A program made the translations under genes and the position numbers. Below are positions 49,217-58,485 of a stretch of 64,000 nt of DNA, one piece after another; the first letter of the stretch is position 1, and the number at the start of each line of letters is the position of its first letter. Source of the stretch: an uncultured archaeon (GTDB lineage: Archaea; Iainarchaeota; Iainarchaeia; Iainarchaeales; 1-14-0-10-31-34); contig CAZSOZ010000002.1 of NCBI GenBank assembly GCA_964608675.1, positions 128,305-192,304 on the forward strand, in the 5' to 3' direction. Under the pieces are notes generated by a model, which was given only the letters and a program-made list of their open reading frames with translations, searched no databases and was not told the origin of the DNA.

Positions 49217-49864
49217 TTACTCCTTTTTTTCTTCATCTGAATCTTCTTTTTCTTCTGTGTCTGCTGATTCCTGTTCAGGTTTCTTTTCTTCTTCTGGTTT
49301 TTTTTCCGGTTCAGTGTCTGTTTCTTCTGAAGATTCTTTTGATTCAGATTCTGTTTCTTTTGGTTCTTCAGATTCTTTTTTTTCTTCTGATTCATCTGAA
49401 GAATCGGTTTCATCTGATTCCTGTTCAGAGGCATCTGATTCCTGAGAGGATTCCTCTCTTCTTTCAAATCTTCTTCCTCCACCAAATCTGTTTCTGTTTC
49501 CAAATCTTCCTCTTTGTTCAAATTCTTTGTCTGAAAGATTATTGTCTTTGTTTACTTCAGAAACTTCTTCGTCAGAATCACTTAATTCTCCATATCTTCC
49601 AATATTCAATCTTAAAGTGTTTTTGAACAAGGAAGTATAAGCATTGTTTATTTTGTAGGTTTTATCTGTTTCAACTCTGTCAATCATGTCGTCCCATAAA
49701 GTCAACAGAATTGTTCCTGTTTCATCTCCTACTAATGCTTCAGTCACTTTGTGGCTGGAATTATCCAGTTTTGAAGTAACTTCCCTTATTTCATTTTTTT
49801 CTAAAACTTTTACATTTAATTCAACCTTTTTCTGAAAAGGTCGTAGTTCGTTAACTTTGTTCAT
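49217..49864 (-). CDS. Single-OB-fold ssDNA-binding protein (SSB/RPA) with Arg/Gly-rich and acidic tail
   Basis: VGDETGTILLTLWD, NAYTSLF...LRLNIGRYG; start ATG 49864 after GGAGG. Confidence 0.9.
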   Translation of the reverse strand: MNKVNELRPFQKKVELNVKVLEKNEIREVTSKLDNSSHKVTEALVGDETGTILLTLWDDMIDRVETDKTYKINNAYTSLFKNTLRLNIGRYGELSDSDEEVSEVNKDNNLSDKEFEQRGRFGNRNRFGGGRRFERREESSQESDASEQESDETDSSDESEEKKESEEPKETESESKESSEETDTEPEKKPEEEKKPEQESADTEEKEDSDEEKKE

Positions 49865-50003
49865 GTTAATCCTCCAGTTAAACAACGAATTGAAATCCTA
49901 AAAAAAAAAAGAATAAAATTCGTTTAGTTAATAGTAAGAAACCTCATAAAAAAACTTTATAAAGATATTTAAAGCTGAATGCCGATAAAAAAAATAAAAA
50001 AAG

Positions 50004-50021
50004 GCACGACTTAAGCCGTGC
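50004..50021. repeat. GCACG-type GC hairpin, copy 1
   Basis: GCACGACTTAAGCCGTGC. Confidence 0.5.
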
Positions 50022-50094
50022 AGGTTTTGGCGGTAATGCCTTTTTTTAAAAAAGACACTTGATTTTAGCAACCTGCTTTTTCTAAAAAAAGCAC

Positions 50095-50778
50095 TTAAAA
50101 TCCTTTTCTGATTTCCATTACAAAGTTTTTGATGTCTTTTTTGAAAGATAACCCAAAAGCAATTCCAAAAATCACTGCAATTACAATAACCAGTACTGTA
50201 AAAGCTATTTTAAATGCTTCAACTAAAATAGTTGTGTCAAAACCAACATGGGTTAAAGCCATCACTACAACCAAATACATTACTATTATTTCTGCAATTA
50301 ATCCCAGTATGTTTTTTCTTGGATAATTTGTTTTGTTGATTGTGTTTCTAATGTATCTTGCTAAATAAAATCCTACTGCAAGAAGGAGTACTGCTCCAAG
50401 GACTAACGGCACTTCAAGTACAAGCATTTGGATGAATCCTGCTAAAACATCTAATGAAAGGAATCCTGCTGCCTGAGCCAAAAATAATATCACTACATAC
50501 CATTTAACTAATTCTCCTATAAGAACAGAAAAAGGCACTCCCCCAATTGCCTGAGGCAATTCATGGGATTCAAGAAAGTGGTCAATTTTAAAGTATTGAA
50601 TTATCAATATTACAGCTTTTTTAAGAACTAAAGCAAAAACATATCCAATAAACAAAAGGACAATTGCAATTGCTATGCCGGGAACCACTTGAATTGTTTT
50701 TTGAACTAATGCATTGATTGAATCATAAACTCCCTGACCTAACAGTCCTACAAAATCTACTGCTCCTTCACCTACCAT
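50095..50778 (-). CDS. TM-helix-repeat protein (MscS-associated/CmpX-like)
   Basis: Two P.I..A..LL.IG repeats, FGIAFGL. Confidence 0.8.
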   Translation of the reverse strand: MVGEGAVDFVGLLGQGVYDSINALVQKTIQVVPGIAIAIVLLFIGYVFALVLKKAVILIIQYFKIDHFLESHELPQAIGGVPFSVLIGELVKWYVVILFLAQAAGFLSLDVLAGFIQMLVLEVPLVLGAVLLLAVGFYLARYIRNTINKTNYPRKNILGLIAEIIVMYLVVVMALTHVGFDTTILVEAFKIAFTVLVIVIAVIFGIAFGLSFKKDIKNFVMEIRKGF

Positions 50779-50825
50779 TTTTTTATCACCCTAAAAAAGT
50801 TTGTTTCGTAAATACATCTGCTTTT

Positions 50826-51359
50826 CTATTTAAAAAGGTTATACATCAAAATCTTAATTTTTCGGAATAAATCATTCAAAGAACTGTTATTTTCCAGTTT
50901 AAAGTCAGCTAAAGAAAAAACTTTATTCATTCCTTTTTTTTCTTCATCCAGTTTGTCTCTTAAATAAAACTTATTTAAATTATCTGAATCCAATTCACTT
51001 CTTCTTTCAAATCTTTTTTGTTTTTCTGCTTCAATTAAAATCAGTTTGGCTTCAGGAAATCTTTCCTTAATCAAATCAATTTCTTCAATTGAACGTGCTC
51101 CAACAAAAACAATCTTGTTTTCATCAGAAATTTTTTCTAAAAGTTTTACTGCAACAACATTCATTCCAAATTTTTTTCTTAATTCATCTCCAATTAAAGC
51201 CATGTTCTGCTTTGAAATCTTTTTTCCCTGTCTTTTGAGTTCTTTTTCCAGTACAGAAGAAAAAACAAATTTTTTGAAGCCAAACTCTTTAACTAAAAAA
51301 TCTGCAGCAGTGTCTTTTCCTGAACGCGCTCTTCCAAGCAGAACTAAAACTTGAACCAT
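50826..51359 (-). CDS. P-loop nucleotide kinase (archaeal dephospho-CoA-kinase-like)
   Basis: GRARSGKDT, GARSIEE, RFER, ADFKLENN. Confidence 0.8.
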   Translation of the reverse strand: MVQVLVLLGRARSGKDTAADFLVKEFGFKKFVFSSVLEKELKRQGKKISKQNMALIGDELRKKFGMNVVAVKLLEKISDENKIVFVGARSIEEIDLIKERFPEAKLILIEAEKQKRFERRSELDSDNLNKFYLRDKLDEEKKGMNKVFSLADFKLENNSSLNDLFRKIKILMYNLFK

Positions 51360-51439
51360 AAAAAAAATAAATGAATGAAAAAGTTTAAATAAAAACAAAC
51401 CCTTATTTTTTCATTTAATTCAAAAGAGGAAGATAAAAA

Positions 51440-51898
51440 ATGAGAAAAAAATTGTCTTCAGCAAAAAAAAGAATTCCTGCAAAAAAACTTTTAGGAAAAA
51501 AACCAAAATCCTTAGGAGGAGGCTTAAATAAAAAGCAAAGAAATTTATATAAACAAATTAAAGCAAGCAAAACCAGAAAAAAAACAGCATTGAACTTGTC
51601 TAGACAAAAGCCTACAGGAAACACCAGAAGAAAAACAAAACAACTGAAAGTTTCCCCAAAAAAAAAATCAAGAAAATTAACTCAAGCAAAAACAGACTAT
51701 TTAGTTAACGAAATCACAAAAGAAATTAAAGCATACTGGGATGCATGGAAAAAATTATATAAAGGCGCAAAACTTGGTTTTCACAAATATAATAGAAAAC
51801 AAATACGAAAAGAAGCAGAAACAACATTAAAAAGAAAAGGATTTAAAGAAAAAGAAATTGAAGAAAAATTAAATAAAACTTGGCTTGGACAAAAATAA
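51440..51898 (+). CDS. Highly basic orphan protein
   Basis: GAGG RBS, about 80-aa K/R-rich N-terminus, helical C-terminal half. Confidence 0.65.
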   Translation: MRKKLSSAKKRIPAKKLLGKKPKSLGGGLNKKQRNLYKQIKASKTRKKTALNLSRQKPTGNTRRKTKQLKVSPKKKSRKLTQAKTDYLVNEITKEIKAYWDAWKKLYKGAKLGFHKYNRKQIRKEAETTLKRKGFKEKEIEEKLNKTWLGQK

Positions 51899-51910
51899 CT
51901 TATGAAATTG

Positions 51911-51931
51911 AGCACGCCTTAAAGGCGTGCT
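51911..51931. repeat. GCACG-type GC hairpin, copy 2 (between convergent genes)
   Basis: AGCACGCCTTAAAGGCGTGCT. Confidence 0.55.
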
Positions 51932-51983
51932 AGCACCATCAAAAAAGATAGTGCATAGCACTGCACAGATAAAAACTATGCAA

Positions 51984-53642
51984 TTACATCATTGGAGGCA
52001 TTCCGCCCATTCCTCCTCCCATTGCTTCAGGAGGCATTCCTCCATGGCCTGAACCTTTACTGCTTCCTGCAATAATGTCGTCAATTCTCAAAATCATTTC
52101 AGTTACTTCTGCTGCTGAAATAATTGCCTGAGTTTTTACATTCAATGGTTCAATTACTTTTGAATCCTTTAAATTCACTAATTGAGCTTTATAGACGTCA
52201 ACTCCAACATATTTTCCTGCTTTGTCTATGTGTTTTGATTTCAAGCTGACTAAAGTGTCAATTGGATCCATTCCTGCTGTTTCAGCCAAAGTTCTTGGAA
52301 TTATTTCAAGGGTTTCAGCAAAAGCATCAATTGCAAGCTGTTCTCTTCCGCCAACAGTTTTAGCGTATTCCCTTAATTTGATTGCAACTTCTATTTCACT
52401 GCTTCCGCCACCTGCAACAACTTTTCCTGATTTAATTGCAGAAATTACTGCACCTAAAGCGTCATTCAAAGCTCTTTCTGCTTCGTCCATTATATGATCA
52501 GAGCCTCCTCTAACTAAAATAGTGACTGCTTTAGGGTTTTCGCATCCTTCAACAAAAACCATGTCTTCGTTTGCAACTTTTCTTGAAGAAACTGTTTCTG
52601 ATTTCCCTAAATCATCCGAAGAAATATCTGAAACTCTTGTAACAATTTTTGCTCCAGTTGATTTAGACAGCAAACCCATATCAGATTTTTTTACTCTTCT
52701 TACTGCAAGAATTCCTTCTTTTGCAAGATAATGCTGTGCTAAATCATCGATTCCTTTCTGGCAGAAAACAACATTTGCTCCTGCTTGTTTAATGCTTTCA
52801 ACCATGTCTTTCAGCATTTTTTCTTCCTGGTCAAGGAAAGCCTGCAATTGGTCAGGGGAAGTAATCTGAATTTTTGCATCAGTTTCTGTTTCTTTTACTT
52901 CCAAAGCTGAATCAATTAAAGCAATTTTTGCGTTCTTCATTTTTTTTGGCATTCCTTCATTGACTACTTCTTTATCAACTACAACTCCTTTAATTAATTC
53001 AGAGTCAGTTAAACCTGCTCCTCCTTTTTTTTCTATTTTAATTTTGTCTCTGTCCACTGAAGTTTTTCCATTTTCTTCTTCTGCAACAGTTTTAACTGAT
53101 TCAACAACCAAATCAGCTAATTCCATTGAAGCTTCAGCAGCTTTTCCTGTCATTGAAGTGACAGCAATGTTTTTTAGTATGTCTCTGTCTTTAACACTGA
53201 CTGGATCAGCTAAATCAACATACAGTTCTTTGGCTTTTTTTGCAGCCATTCTATAACCTTTAATTATAACAGAAGGATGAATTTCGTCGTCAAGCATTTT
53301 TTCTGCTTTATTTAATAATCCTCCTGCTAAAACAACAACAGTAGTGGTTCCGTCTCCCACTTCATTATCCTGTGTTTTTGCTACTTCTACAAGCATTTTT
53401 CCAACTGGATGATCAATGCTCATTTCACTTAAAATTGTTGCTCCGTCATTTGAAACAGTTACATCCCCCAAGTCATCCACAATCATTTTATCCATTCCTT
53501 TTGGACCCAAAGTGGATTTCACTGCATTTGCAACAGCTTTTGCAATCAAAATATTGATTCTTTGTGCATCTCTTCCTCTGGTTCTCCTTGAACCTTCAGG
53601 AAGAAAAACAATCTGCTGATTCATATTATCGTCTTTTGCCAT
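51984..53642 (-). CDS. ths: Thermosome (group II chaperonin) subunit
   Basis: [33 protein letters not shown] tail; start ATG 53642. Confidence 0.97.
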   Translation of the reverse strand: MAKDDNMNQQIVFLPEGSRRTRGRDAQRINILIAKAVANAVKSTLGPKGMDKMIVDDLGDVTVSNDGATILSEMSIDHPVGKMLVEVAKTQDNEVGDGTTTVVVLAGGLLNKAEKMLDDEIHPSVIIKGYRMAAKKAKELYVDLADPVSVKDRDILKNIAVTSMTGKAAEASMELADLVVESVKTVAEEENGKTSVDRDKIKIEKKGGAGLTDSELIKGVVVDKEVVNEGMPKKMKNAKIALIDSALEVKETETDAKIQITSPDQLQAFLDQEEKMLKDMVESIKQAGANVVFCQKGIDDLAQHYLAKEGILAVRRVKKSDMGLLSKSTGAKIVTRVSDISSDDLGKSETVSSRKVANEDMVFVEGCENPKAVTILVRGGSDHIMDEAERALNDALGAVISAIKSGKVVAGGGSSEIEVAIKLREYAKTVGGREQLAIDAFAETLEIIPRTLAETAGMDPIDTLVSLKSKHIDKAGKYVGVDVYKAQLVNLKDSKVIEPLNVKTQAIISAAEVTEMILRIDDIIAGSSKGSGHGGMPPEAMGGGMGGMPPMM

Positions 53643-53782
53643 TAAATCACGCTCCTTTTTAAAACTCAATTCTGTTCATTAAAATCAGATTAAATTATTG
53701 ATGGATATAAATGTTTAAAAATGTTTTTGATGGATATGCGTGCTTATAAATAAATGTTGGAAACTGATTAAAATTAATGCAA

Positions 53783-54246
53783 TTACTCTTTTTTTATACT
53801 GCAATTAGAGAAGCGCATACGGCATTTTCTTGAAGCCATTTGGCAGGGAATAGAATTATTTGGGTTAGAAAAATCAACGCGCATAATATTTAGAGATTCA
53901 GGTTGGTCACAAGTTACTATTATTTTGTGTCCTTCTTTTAAGCCAATTAAAGTTTTAGTTCTTATTTTATAATTATCCTCCTGTCTTACAATTTCAGTTA
54001 AAAATTAGAGACAGAAGTCAAAAAACCTTTAAATTCAACTGCAGTAATTGAATTCATAACCCAACACAAAGCCTCTTCAAGTACAACTGCACTGAACTTC
54101 ATTTTAGCTGCATCATCAAAAGGTTCTTCTGATTCTTTATTTTCTTCTATTTGATTATTTGGTTCAGTTTCCTGTGATTCATTTGAGTCAATGCATCCAA
54201 AAAAACAAAAAAATAATAAACAACAAAATTAATGCATTTTTTTCAC
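53783..54246 (-). pseudogene. Frameshifted remnant of a lipoprotein-like exported protein
   Basis: Hydrophobic signal, GCIDSNESQETEPNNQIEENKESEEPF..., later TEIVRQEDNYKIRTKT...; pieces lie in different frames. Confidence 0.5.
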
Positions 54247-54289
54247 ACTAAATAATTAAATCGATTGTGATTAGTGATTAATAAAAATT

Positions 54290-55249
54290 TCATTTATAGA
54301 GTTTGTCTTTGATTAAAGTGTTGTAAAAAGAGATATTAATTATTTCTTCTTCAATGTCCACTAAATGGCGGAGCATTCTGAAAAGTTTTTCCCTTATTTT
54401 AATCGGATGCTTTTGAATAATTTTTTCTAATTCTTTTTCTTCTTCCTTCGGAATTGCCTGAAAATTTTTTTGATTAGATTTTGTCAGAAAAGAAATGCTT
54501 TTGTTTATTTCTTTTTTAAAAAACAATAAAACCGGCTCCAATTCTTTTCCTTTAACTTTATCTTCTATTTCAAGCACTGCAAGCTGTTCAAGAGAATCAC
54601 CTAAATTTTCAAGTTTTTTTGTAATCATAAACAAAGCAGGAATCAAAGTATTGTTTTTTATTCCACTTGAATTCAAAATATTAAAATCAGTCTGAGAAAG
54701 AGTAACAATTTTAGCGCTCAAATGATACAGTCTGTCTAATTCATCTTCATCTCTTTTTACGTCATTCAAATTCCTTCTTTCAAGACAATTGTAAATTAAA
54801 TCATTTAAAATTAAACCGATTCTTGAAAGAAGCTGGCTGAATTCAATTTTTGTTTTATCATGAAAAACCTTTACAACAATATCTTTAGGAGATTCACTTA
54901 CAATCTCTGAACCGCTTAAATGCCTTAAAGATTCTTTAATTTGAGCTCTTTTTTCAGAAGTCATTTCCTTAGAAGAAAAAATTTTAATTTTTTCAAAACC
55001 CAAATAAAAAGCAGAAAAAATTGTATGATAAAGATTTTCTCCTAATTCATCAAAATTTAATTCAATTTCATTAAAAGAACTTAACTCAGACTGTTTTGGA
55101 GACAAAATCAATTCCCCTGTATGAAGCTCAGATAAAAACAATTCGTTTTTTTCTCTCAGATTAGATTTCAAAACCCATTTCTTTGGCAAAGAAACAACAT
55201 AAGTAGAATTTCCAACAAACTGAATTTTTCTTGAATCCATTAAATCCAA
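54290..55249 (-). CDS. phoU: AbrB-PhoU phosphate uptake regulator
   Basis: RKIQFVGNSTYVVSLPKKW AbrB domain, GSEIVSE, EDELDRLY, KKLENLGD. Confidence 0.88.
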   Translation of the reverse strand: MDLMDSRKIQFVGNSTYVVSLPKKWVLKSNLREKNELFLSELHTGELILSPKQSELSSFNEIELNFDELGENLYHTIFSAFYLGFEKIKIFSSKEMTSEKRAQIKESLRHLSGSEIVSESPKDIVVKVFHDKTKIEFSQLLSRIGLILNDLIYNCLERRNLNDVKRDEDELDRLYHLSAKIVTLSQTDFNILNSSGIKNNTLIPALFMITKKLENLGDSLEQLAVLEIEDKVKGKELEPVLLFFKKEINKSISFLTKSNQKNFQAIPKEEEKELEKIIQKHPIKIREKLFRMLRHLVDIEEEIINISFYNTLIKDKLYK

Positions 55250-55300
55250 TGAAAAGAAATTAATAGAAAAGAATTAAAATATATTGAAAAAAAATAAAAA

Positions 55301-55327
55301 CTATATAGAAAATTTACTGCTATATAG
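55301..55327. promoter_or_regulatory. Tandem CTATATAG palindromes upstream of phoU
   Basis: CTATATAG at 55301-55308 and 55320-55327, between divergent starts. Confidence 0.5.
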
Positions 55328-55394
55328 CTTAAAGTGGTTTTGTTTTTAAAGAGCAAAATCAAAACATAATAAAAAAATTAAAGGAGGAAACAAA

Positions 55395-55481
55395 ATGAAT
55401 GAAATAATTTTTGGAATAAGCTTAATGGTTTTTTCCATGACAAAAATTTTTGTCTGTATTGGAACAACCATAAAAAAATAA
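55395..55481 (+). other. 28-codon hydrophobic ORF with strong RBS (small peptide or gene remnant)
   Basis: GGAGG at 55383-55387, MNEIIFGISLMVFSMTKIFVCIGTTIKK*. Confidence 0.4.
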
Positions 55482-55554
55482 AAAGAAAAAAAATAGAAAA
55501 AAAATCTAGTTAAAAAATTGATTTAATCAGAAGCAAAACATAAAAAAAAAATAA

Positions 55555-55911
55555 TTAGTTTGAAAAGAAAAACAAATGGCTTTTGCATTTACAGTCACTG
55601 CAACCAAAACATTTAATTGAAAAAGCTTTTTTTGAAATTCTTTCAGCAGCAATACATTCTTTTTTTTGTTTGACTCCTTAAAAAAAAAACTTCTTTTATA
55701 TTTCAGTGTTTTGTTTGCAAGAAAAAAAATCAATATGCCAGTGCTTTTTCTTTTTCTTTCTTAAATGCCTTTGAATTCTTTTTTCAAGGTTATTTAAAGC
55801 AGAACAACATACAAATAGTTTTTCTTTTTAAAGTCAGTTTTTCTTAAAGTTCAGATTTTCATTTTAGTGTTTTTTCTTTAAGTGAATTAAAAGACAATAA
55901 GTTCCTTTCAT
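55555..55911 (-). pseudogene. DUF123 / Uri (GIY-YIG) endonuclease pseudogene
   Basis: Fragments across frames: MKGTYCLLIHLK, SALNNLEKRIQRHLRKKKKKHWHIDF, FGCSDCKCKSHL. Confidence 0.75.
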
Positions 55912-55919
55912 TTTATCTT

Positions 55920-56261
55920 TTATTTAATTTCCTCTAGTTTTTTTTCAGCTAACTGCATTACTGCTTCTTTTGCTGAAATTCCTTCTGCCTTAAATGCCTT
56001 TATTTTTGCCTGACTGAAAACCATTAAAGAGTTTGGGCCAAAATTCCTTGAAATAACTGCACCAATATTTTCTTTCAATAAATTTTGTGCTGCTTTTGTT
56101 CCTGCTCCTCTTTCTTCTAAACTAACAGGATTCTCAACAAAATTTTTTTCCTTAATTTCTTTTCCTGCTAATTCAATTATTAGAAAACCTTTGCATCTGC
56201 CAAAAACACTGCTTATTTTTGCATTCAAATCATCTTCCTGAACGCTGACTGCAACCCTCAT
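55920..56261 (-). CDS. NifB/NifX (dinitrogenase FeMo-cofactor-binding) family protein
   Basis: FGRCKGF, ENP, GAG..AAQ, FGPNS. Confidence 0.9.
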   Translation of the reverse strand: MRVAVSVQEDDLNAKISSVFGRCKGFLIIELAGKEIKEKNFVENPVSLEERGAGTKAAQNLLKENIGAVISRNFGPNSLMVFSQAKIKAFKAEGISAKEAVMQLAEKKLEEIK

Positions 56262-56325
56262 TCAACCACCTCAATTAAATTAAACTTAAATCTTTTTTAA
56301 TAGATTTTCTTTCAGAAATGAATGC

Positions 56326-57498
56326 ATGAAAACAGAAAAAAAAGCTTTAGAACTGCATGAAAAGCTTAAAGGAAAATTAGAGGTAAAATCAAAAATTAAA
56401 ATTGATTCAAAGGAAACACTTACATTGGCTTATACTCCTGGCGTGGCAGAACCATGCAAGGAGATTAACACAAATCCAAAAAAGGTTTGGAGTTATACAA
56501 TTAAAAGAAATACTATTGCAGTAATAACTGACGGAAGCGCTGTATTGGGATTAGGAAACATTGGCGCACAAGCATCTCTGCCTGTAATGGAAGGAAAATG
56601 CGCTCTATTTAAGGAACTAGCAGGATTAAATGCTTTTCCTATTGCATTAAAAACACAGGAAACACAAGAAATCATTCAAACAATAAAAAATATTTCCCCT
56701 GTATTCGGAGGAATCAATTTAGAAGACATTAGTTCCCCTAAATGCTTTGAAATAGAAAAAAAACTGCAAAACTTGGGAATCCCTGTAATGCACGACGACC
56801 AGCACGCAACAGCAATAGTTGTGTTGGCAGGACTAAAAAATGCATTAAAAGTTGTTGGAAAAAAAATGAAGAACTTGAAGATTGTCTTGAATGGAATCGG
56901 AGCAGCAGGAACCGCAATAACAAAAATTCTGTTGGCAGAAGAAAAACCAAAAGAAATCATTTTATGCGACAAACAAGGAATTCTTTTCAAAGGAAAAACA
57001 AGAATGCTAAAGCATCATGAAGAACTAGCTGAACTGACTAATGAAAAAAAAGTTCAAGGAAATCTAGCTGATGCTTTGGCAGGCGCAGATGTATTTATTG
57101 GCGTGTCTGCTCCAAACATTTTATCAGAAAACATGATTAAATCAATGAATTCAAAACCAATAATTTTTGCTTTAGCTAATCCAATTCCTGAAATAACCAT
57201 GGAAAAGGCTTTGAAGGCAAGAGTTGGAGTTTATGCTTCAGGCAGAAGCGATGACCCAAACCAAATCAACAATGTTTTAGTGTTTCCAGGGTTATTCAAA
57301 GGAGCATTAGAATCAAAAGCAATTAAAATAAATGAAGAAATGAAGCTGGCTGCAGCAAAAGCTTTAGCTGAATGCATTAAAAATCCTTCAAAAGAAAAAT
57401 TTATTCCTTCTCCTTTAGATAAGATTGTAGTAAAAAAGATTTCTGAAGCAGTGGAAAAAGCTGCAGTTGAATCAGGGGCAGTTGGAAAAGAATTATAA
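56326..57498 (+). CDS. NAD(P)-dependent malic enzyme
   Basis: AYTPGVAEPC, DGSAVLGLGNIG, VMEGK, INLEDI, HDDQHAT, ALANPIPE, NQINN. Confidence 0.95.
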   Translation: MKTEKKALELHEKLKGKLEVKSKIKIDSKETLTLAYTPGVAEPCKEINTNPKKVWSYTIKRNTIAVITDGSAVLGLGNIGAQASLPVMEGKCALFKELAGLNAFPIALKTQETQEIIQTIKNISPVFGGINLEDISSPKCFEIEKKLQNLGIPVMHDDQHATAIVVLAGLKNALKVVGKKMKNLKIVLNGIGAAGTAITKILLAEEKPKEIILCDKQGILFKGKTRMLKHHEELAELTNEKKVQGNLADALAGADVFIGVSAPNILSENMIKSMNSKPIIFALANPIPEITMEKALKARVGVYASGRSDDPNQINNVLVFPGLFKGALESKAIKINEEMKLAAAKALAECIKNPSKEKFIPSPLDKIVVKKISEAVEKAAVESGAVGKEL

Positions 57499-57531
57499 AT
57501 AAACAAAACTATTAATTCTAATTGAGAAAAA

Positions 57532-58473
57532 ATGCCAAAAACACGACATAAAACAAAAATGAAAATTAAAATTAAACGAAAAACTGGGCCTAAAAAAAAA
57601 ACTTGGATAGACCTGAATTCAAAAAAAGCACAAATAATGAAAGAACTCTACCACAACCCACAAAACCTAACACAAACACAAATAGCAAAAAAACACAATA
57701 CCTGCCCGCCATACATCATCAGAATAATAAAAGAAATGAAACAACAAGGAATACAACCAACAAAAAAAAGACCAGAAACAAAACTAAACTCAAAAAAAGC
57801 ACAAATAATGAAAGAACTCCACTACAACTCACAAAACCTAACACAAAGACAAATAGCAAAAAAACACAATTTTAGTCCTCAACGAATACAACAAAGAGCA
57901 AAAGAAATGAAACAACAAGGAATAAAAATAAAATTTGTTTCAAGATTAAAACCTGCTCCAAAACTCACAAAAAAACAACAAAGATTAATGGAAAAAAACA
58001 AAAAAAAGATGTTATCACTCGCTAAAAACATTGCTTTACGAAAAAATTTTTCAAAAGAAGAAGCACAAGAATTTCAATCAGACATAGAAAGGCTTTTACC
58101 AAATTTCATTAAAAACTGGCAGGAAAAAAAATACACATTAGAACAATGGATTATAAGAAAAATTTACAGTTCCCTTACTGATTTCAGAATAACAAAAGAA
58201 ATGCAGGAAACAGGTCTTTCAAGCATTGAAATAAAAATAAAGAACGCAATTCATAAAAAATTAAAAAAAATGAGTTTAGAAGACGCAATAAACGAAATAA
58301 ACAAAATGAAATTTTACAGAAAATCAATGAAACAATCCATCCGCGGAAAAAGAAAATTTCCAGAAGGAAAACTTACTTTTGAAATAGCAGAAGACCTTTT
58401 GAAAGCAGAAGAAATAAACAGAAAACAGAAAAATGTAAACTATTATAGAGAGATAAATGAAAAAAAATATTAA
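57532..58473 (+). CDS. Basic protein with two tandem HTH repeats and a sigma70 region-2-like domain
   Basis: Two LTQ.QIAKKHN HTH repeats; LMEKN..MLSLAKNI...FIKNWQEKKYTLEQWIIRKIYSSLTDFR resembles sigma region 2. Confidence 0.6.
   Translation: MPKTRHKTKMKIKIKRKTGPKKKTWIDLNSKKAQIMKELYHNPQNLTQTQIAKKHNTCPPYIIRIIKEMKQQGIQPTKKRPETKLNSKKAQIMKELHYNSQNLTQRQIAKKHNFSPQRIQQRAKEMKQQGIKIKFVSRLKPAPKLTKKQQRLMEKNKKKMLSLAKNIALRKNFSKEEAQEFQSDIERLLPNFIKNWQEKKYTLEQWIIRKIYSSLTDFRITKEMQETGLSSIEIKIKNAIHKKLKKMSLEDAINEINKMKFYRKSMKQSIRGKRKFPEGKLTFEIAEDLLKAEEINRKQKNVNYYREINEKKY
57613..57924 (+). repeat. Intragenic direct repeat, 2 x about 141 nt, period 171 nt
   Basis: 57613-57753 and 57784-57924 share long exact blocks such as tcaaaaaaagcacaaataatgaaagaactc. 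Confidence 0.9.
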
Positions 58474-58485
58474 AGTGAAAAAAAA

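Noticed and set aside
55920..56261. Nitrogen fixation
   Set aside because: Stand-alone NifB/NifX-family proteins are common in non-diazotrophic archaea; no nifHDK is present.
57613..57924. CRISPR-like or mobile repeat
   Set aside because: Only two in-frame copies encoding HTH domains; no spacer array or cas genes anywhere in the window.
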